24,185 bases of DNA from a virus. Taxonomy: Duplodnaviria > Caudoviricetes. Where the stretch lies: IMG/VR virus record IMGVR_UViG_3300005764_000012, positions 1 to 24,185 of that record; one strand, 5' to 3'. The notes under the pieces are model-generated. The model was not told where the DNA came from, searched no databases, and worked only from the letters and a program-made list of their open reading frames with translations. Position numbers and translations under genes: made by a program. This document shows, piece by piece, positions 22,575-24,185 of the stretch (position 1 is the stretch's first letter; every line of letters begins with the position of its first letter).

Positions 22575-24185
22575 ATGGATCAGGCGTACGCGCTGCTCGA
22601 GGTCAAATCTATCGAACCCGCGCGCCGGCTGATCCGCGGCCTGGCGTCGACGCCCGAGGTCGATCGCCAGGGCGACAGTTTCGATCCGGCCGGCGCCGTC
22701 TTCAAAAATCCGATCCCGCTCCTGCTCCATCACGACGCGAGCCATCCGGTCGGGACGGCAGCGCTCTCGATCACGCCCGAGGGGATCGCGTTTGAGGCGA
22801 CGCTCCCGACGATTGACGAGCTCGGCCCGCTCAAGACGCGCATTGACGAGGCGTGGCAGTCGCTCAAAGCCGGGCTCATCTCCGGCGCCTCGCTCGGGTA
22901 CCGCATCCTCGAGGGCGGGATCACCTATCTGAAATCGGGCGCGCGTCGGCTGAGCAAAACGGAGATCTGTGAACTCTCGCTCGTCACCATTCCCGCCAAC
23001 GCGCACGCCACGATCCGCTTGGTGAAGTCACTTGCGGCTGGTCGCCGCCCGGAGAGATCCGCCATGAAACAGACGATTGCCGAACACATTCAGGCGCTCG
23101 AGAACAAGCGCGCCGCCCTGGCCGCCAAGATGACCGAGATCATGGAAACGGCGGCCGGCGAAGGCAAGACGCTCGAGCCCGAGCTGGCCGAGGAGCACGA
23201 CAAGCTCACGCTCGACGTCAAGAGCATCGATGCGGATCTGGGGCGCTGGCGCGAGCACGAGAAACTCCAGATCGCGGCGGCCGTCCCGGTCCCGCCCGCG
23301 GCGCCCGTGCGCCCGGCCTACCCCGTGATCTCGGTCAAGCCGAACGTGCCGCTCGGTACGGCGTTTGTGCGCGCGGCCTGCGCGCAGCTCGTCTGCAAGG
23401 GCAATATTCGGGACGCGGTCGAGTACGCCCAGCGCTGGAACGATTCGACGCCGGAAGTCGCGCTGTACCTCAAGGCCGCCGTCGCGCCCGGCACCATCAC
23501 CGATGCGACCTGGGCGGGCCCGCTCGTCAACCAGAACATCTCGAGCGAATTCATCGAACTGCTCCGGCCGGCGACGATCATCGGCAAGATCCCCGGCCTG
23601 AGACAAGTCCCGTTCAACACCAAAGTGCCGAGTCAGACGGCCGGCGGCACGTACGGGTGGGTGGGCGAGAGCAAACCGAAGCCGGTGACGAAACTCGCCT
23701 TCGGCTCGACCTCGCTCGGCATCACGAAAGCGGCCGGGATCATCGTGCTCACCAAAGAGCTTGTCATGCTCAGTAATCCGAGCGCCGAGGCGCTGGTGCG
23801 CGCCGACATGATCGCGGGCATTGCGCAGTTTCTCGATGCACAGTTCATCGACCCGGCCGTCGCGGCCGTCGCGGGCGTCAATCCCGCGTCGATCACCAAC
23901 GGCGCCCCGACCGCGGCGGCCACCACCAATCCGCTCGCCGACATCATTAGCCTCCTCAATCACTTTGCGTCCAACAACATCTCCGTCGCGGGCGTGACGT
24001 TCATCATGTCGCCGGCCAATTTGCTGGCGCTCACCTTCCGCACGTATGTTGACGGCTCACCCGAATTCCCCGGGCTGACGGCCGCCGGCGGAACGTGGAA
24101 GGGCCTCACGTTCATCGGCAGCCAGGCCGCCGGGACCAACGTCATCGCGCTCCAGCCGCAGCTCGTCCTCTACGCGGACGATGGC
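22575..24185 (+). CDS. Fused HK97-type prohead protease and major capsid protein (618 aa on the circle, ending at 296)
   Basis: Protease part: GLASTPEVDRQGD, PLLLHHD, GASLGY, ELSLVTIPAN. With no stop it continues into a coiled-coil delta domain and capsid motifs (EFIELLRP, GWVGE.KPKP, LSNPSAEALVR). Missed by the ORF track because it runs off the window end. Confidence 0.92.
   Translation, partial: MDQAYALLEVKSIEPARRLIRGLASTPEVDRQGDSFDPAGAVFKNPIPLLLHHDASHPVGTAALSITPEGIAFEATLPTIDELGPLKTRIDEAWQSLKAGLISGASLGYRILEGGITYLKSGARRLSKTEICELSLVTIPANAHATIRLVKSLAAGRRPERSAMKQTIAEHIQALENKRAALAAKMTEIMETAAGEGKTLEPELAEEHDKLTLDVKSIDADLGRWREHEKLQIAAAVPVPPAAPVRPAYPVISVKPNVPLGTAFVRAACAQLVCKGNIRDAVEYAQRWNDSTPEVALYLKAAVAPGTITDATWAGPLVNQNISSEFIELLRPATIIGKIPGLRQVPFNTKVPSQTAGGTYGWVGESKPKPVTKLAFGSTSLGITKAAGIIVLTKELVMLSNPSAEALVRADMIAGIAQFLDAQFIDPAVAAVAGVNPASITNGAPTAAATTNPLADIISLLNHFASNNISVAGVTFIMSPANLLALTFRTYVDGSPEFPGLTAAGGTWKGLTFIGSQAAGTNVIALQPQLVLYADDG
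24136..24185 (+). repeat. Terminal direct repeat (circular assembly overlap), copy 2
   Basis: Identical to bases 1-50. Confidence 0.97.

Noticed and set aside
1-24185. Capsid-forming PICI, satellite or gene transfer agent
   Set aside because: It encodes its own tail, integrase, attP, switch and initiator; only partial helper dependence (TerS, lysis) remains open.

Overview
The window is a complete, circularly assembled genome of a small, GC-rich temperate tailed phage with siphovirus-type organisation. Bases 1-50 repeat exactly at 24136-24185, giving a 24,135-bp circle. The + strand carries an HK97-like head module (HNH, TerL, a fused prohead protease-major capsid gene spanning the contig junction, portal, head-tail proteins). 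A non-contractile tail module follows (tube, frameshifted chaperone, 1004-aa tape measure, tail-tip genes). Next are attP with the 3' half of tRNA-Ala(CGC) and arm-type repeats, a tyrosine integrase, a divergent cI/cro switch, Xis, a replication initiator with internal repeats, an AT-richer TcmP-HNH-DUF5131 cassette, a Bet-like recombinase and unknown late genes. Most notable: (1) a perfect 28-bp palindrome in attP that mimics the tRNA half the phage lacks, (2) an antisense gene with its own promoter that resembles the repressor C-terminal domain, (3) the methyltransferase-like/radical-SAM-like cassette, and (4) no recognisable TerS or endolysin, with G-rich repeats, an RHH gene and coupled micropeptides as candidate substitutes. 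All family calls come from motif recognition; no database searches were run.
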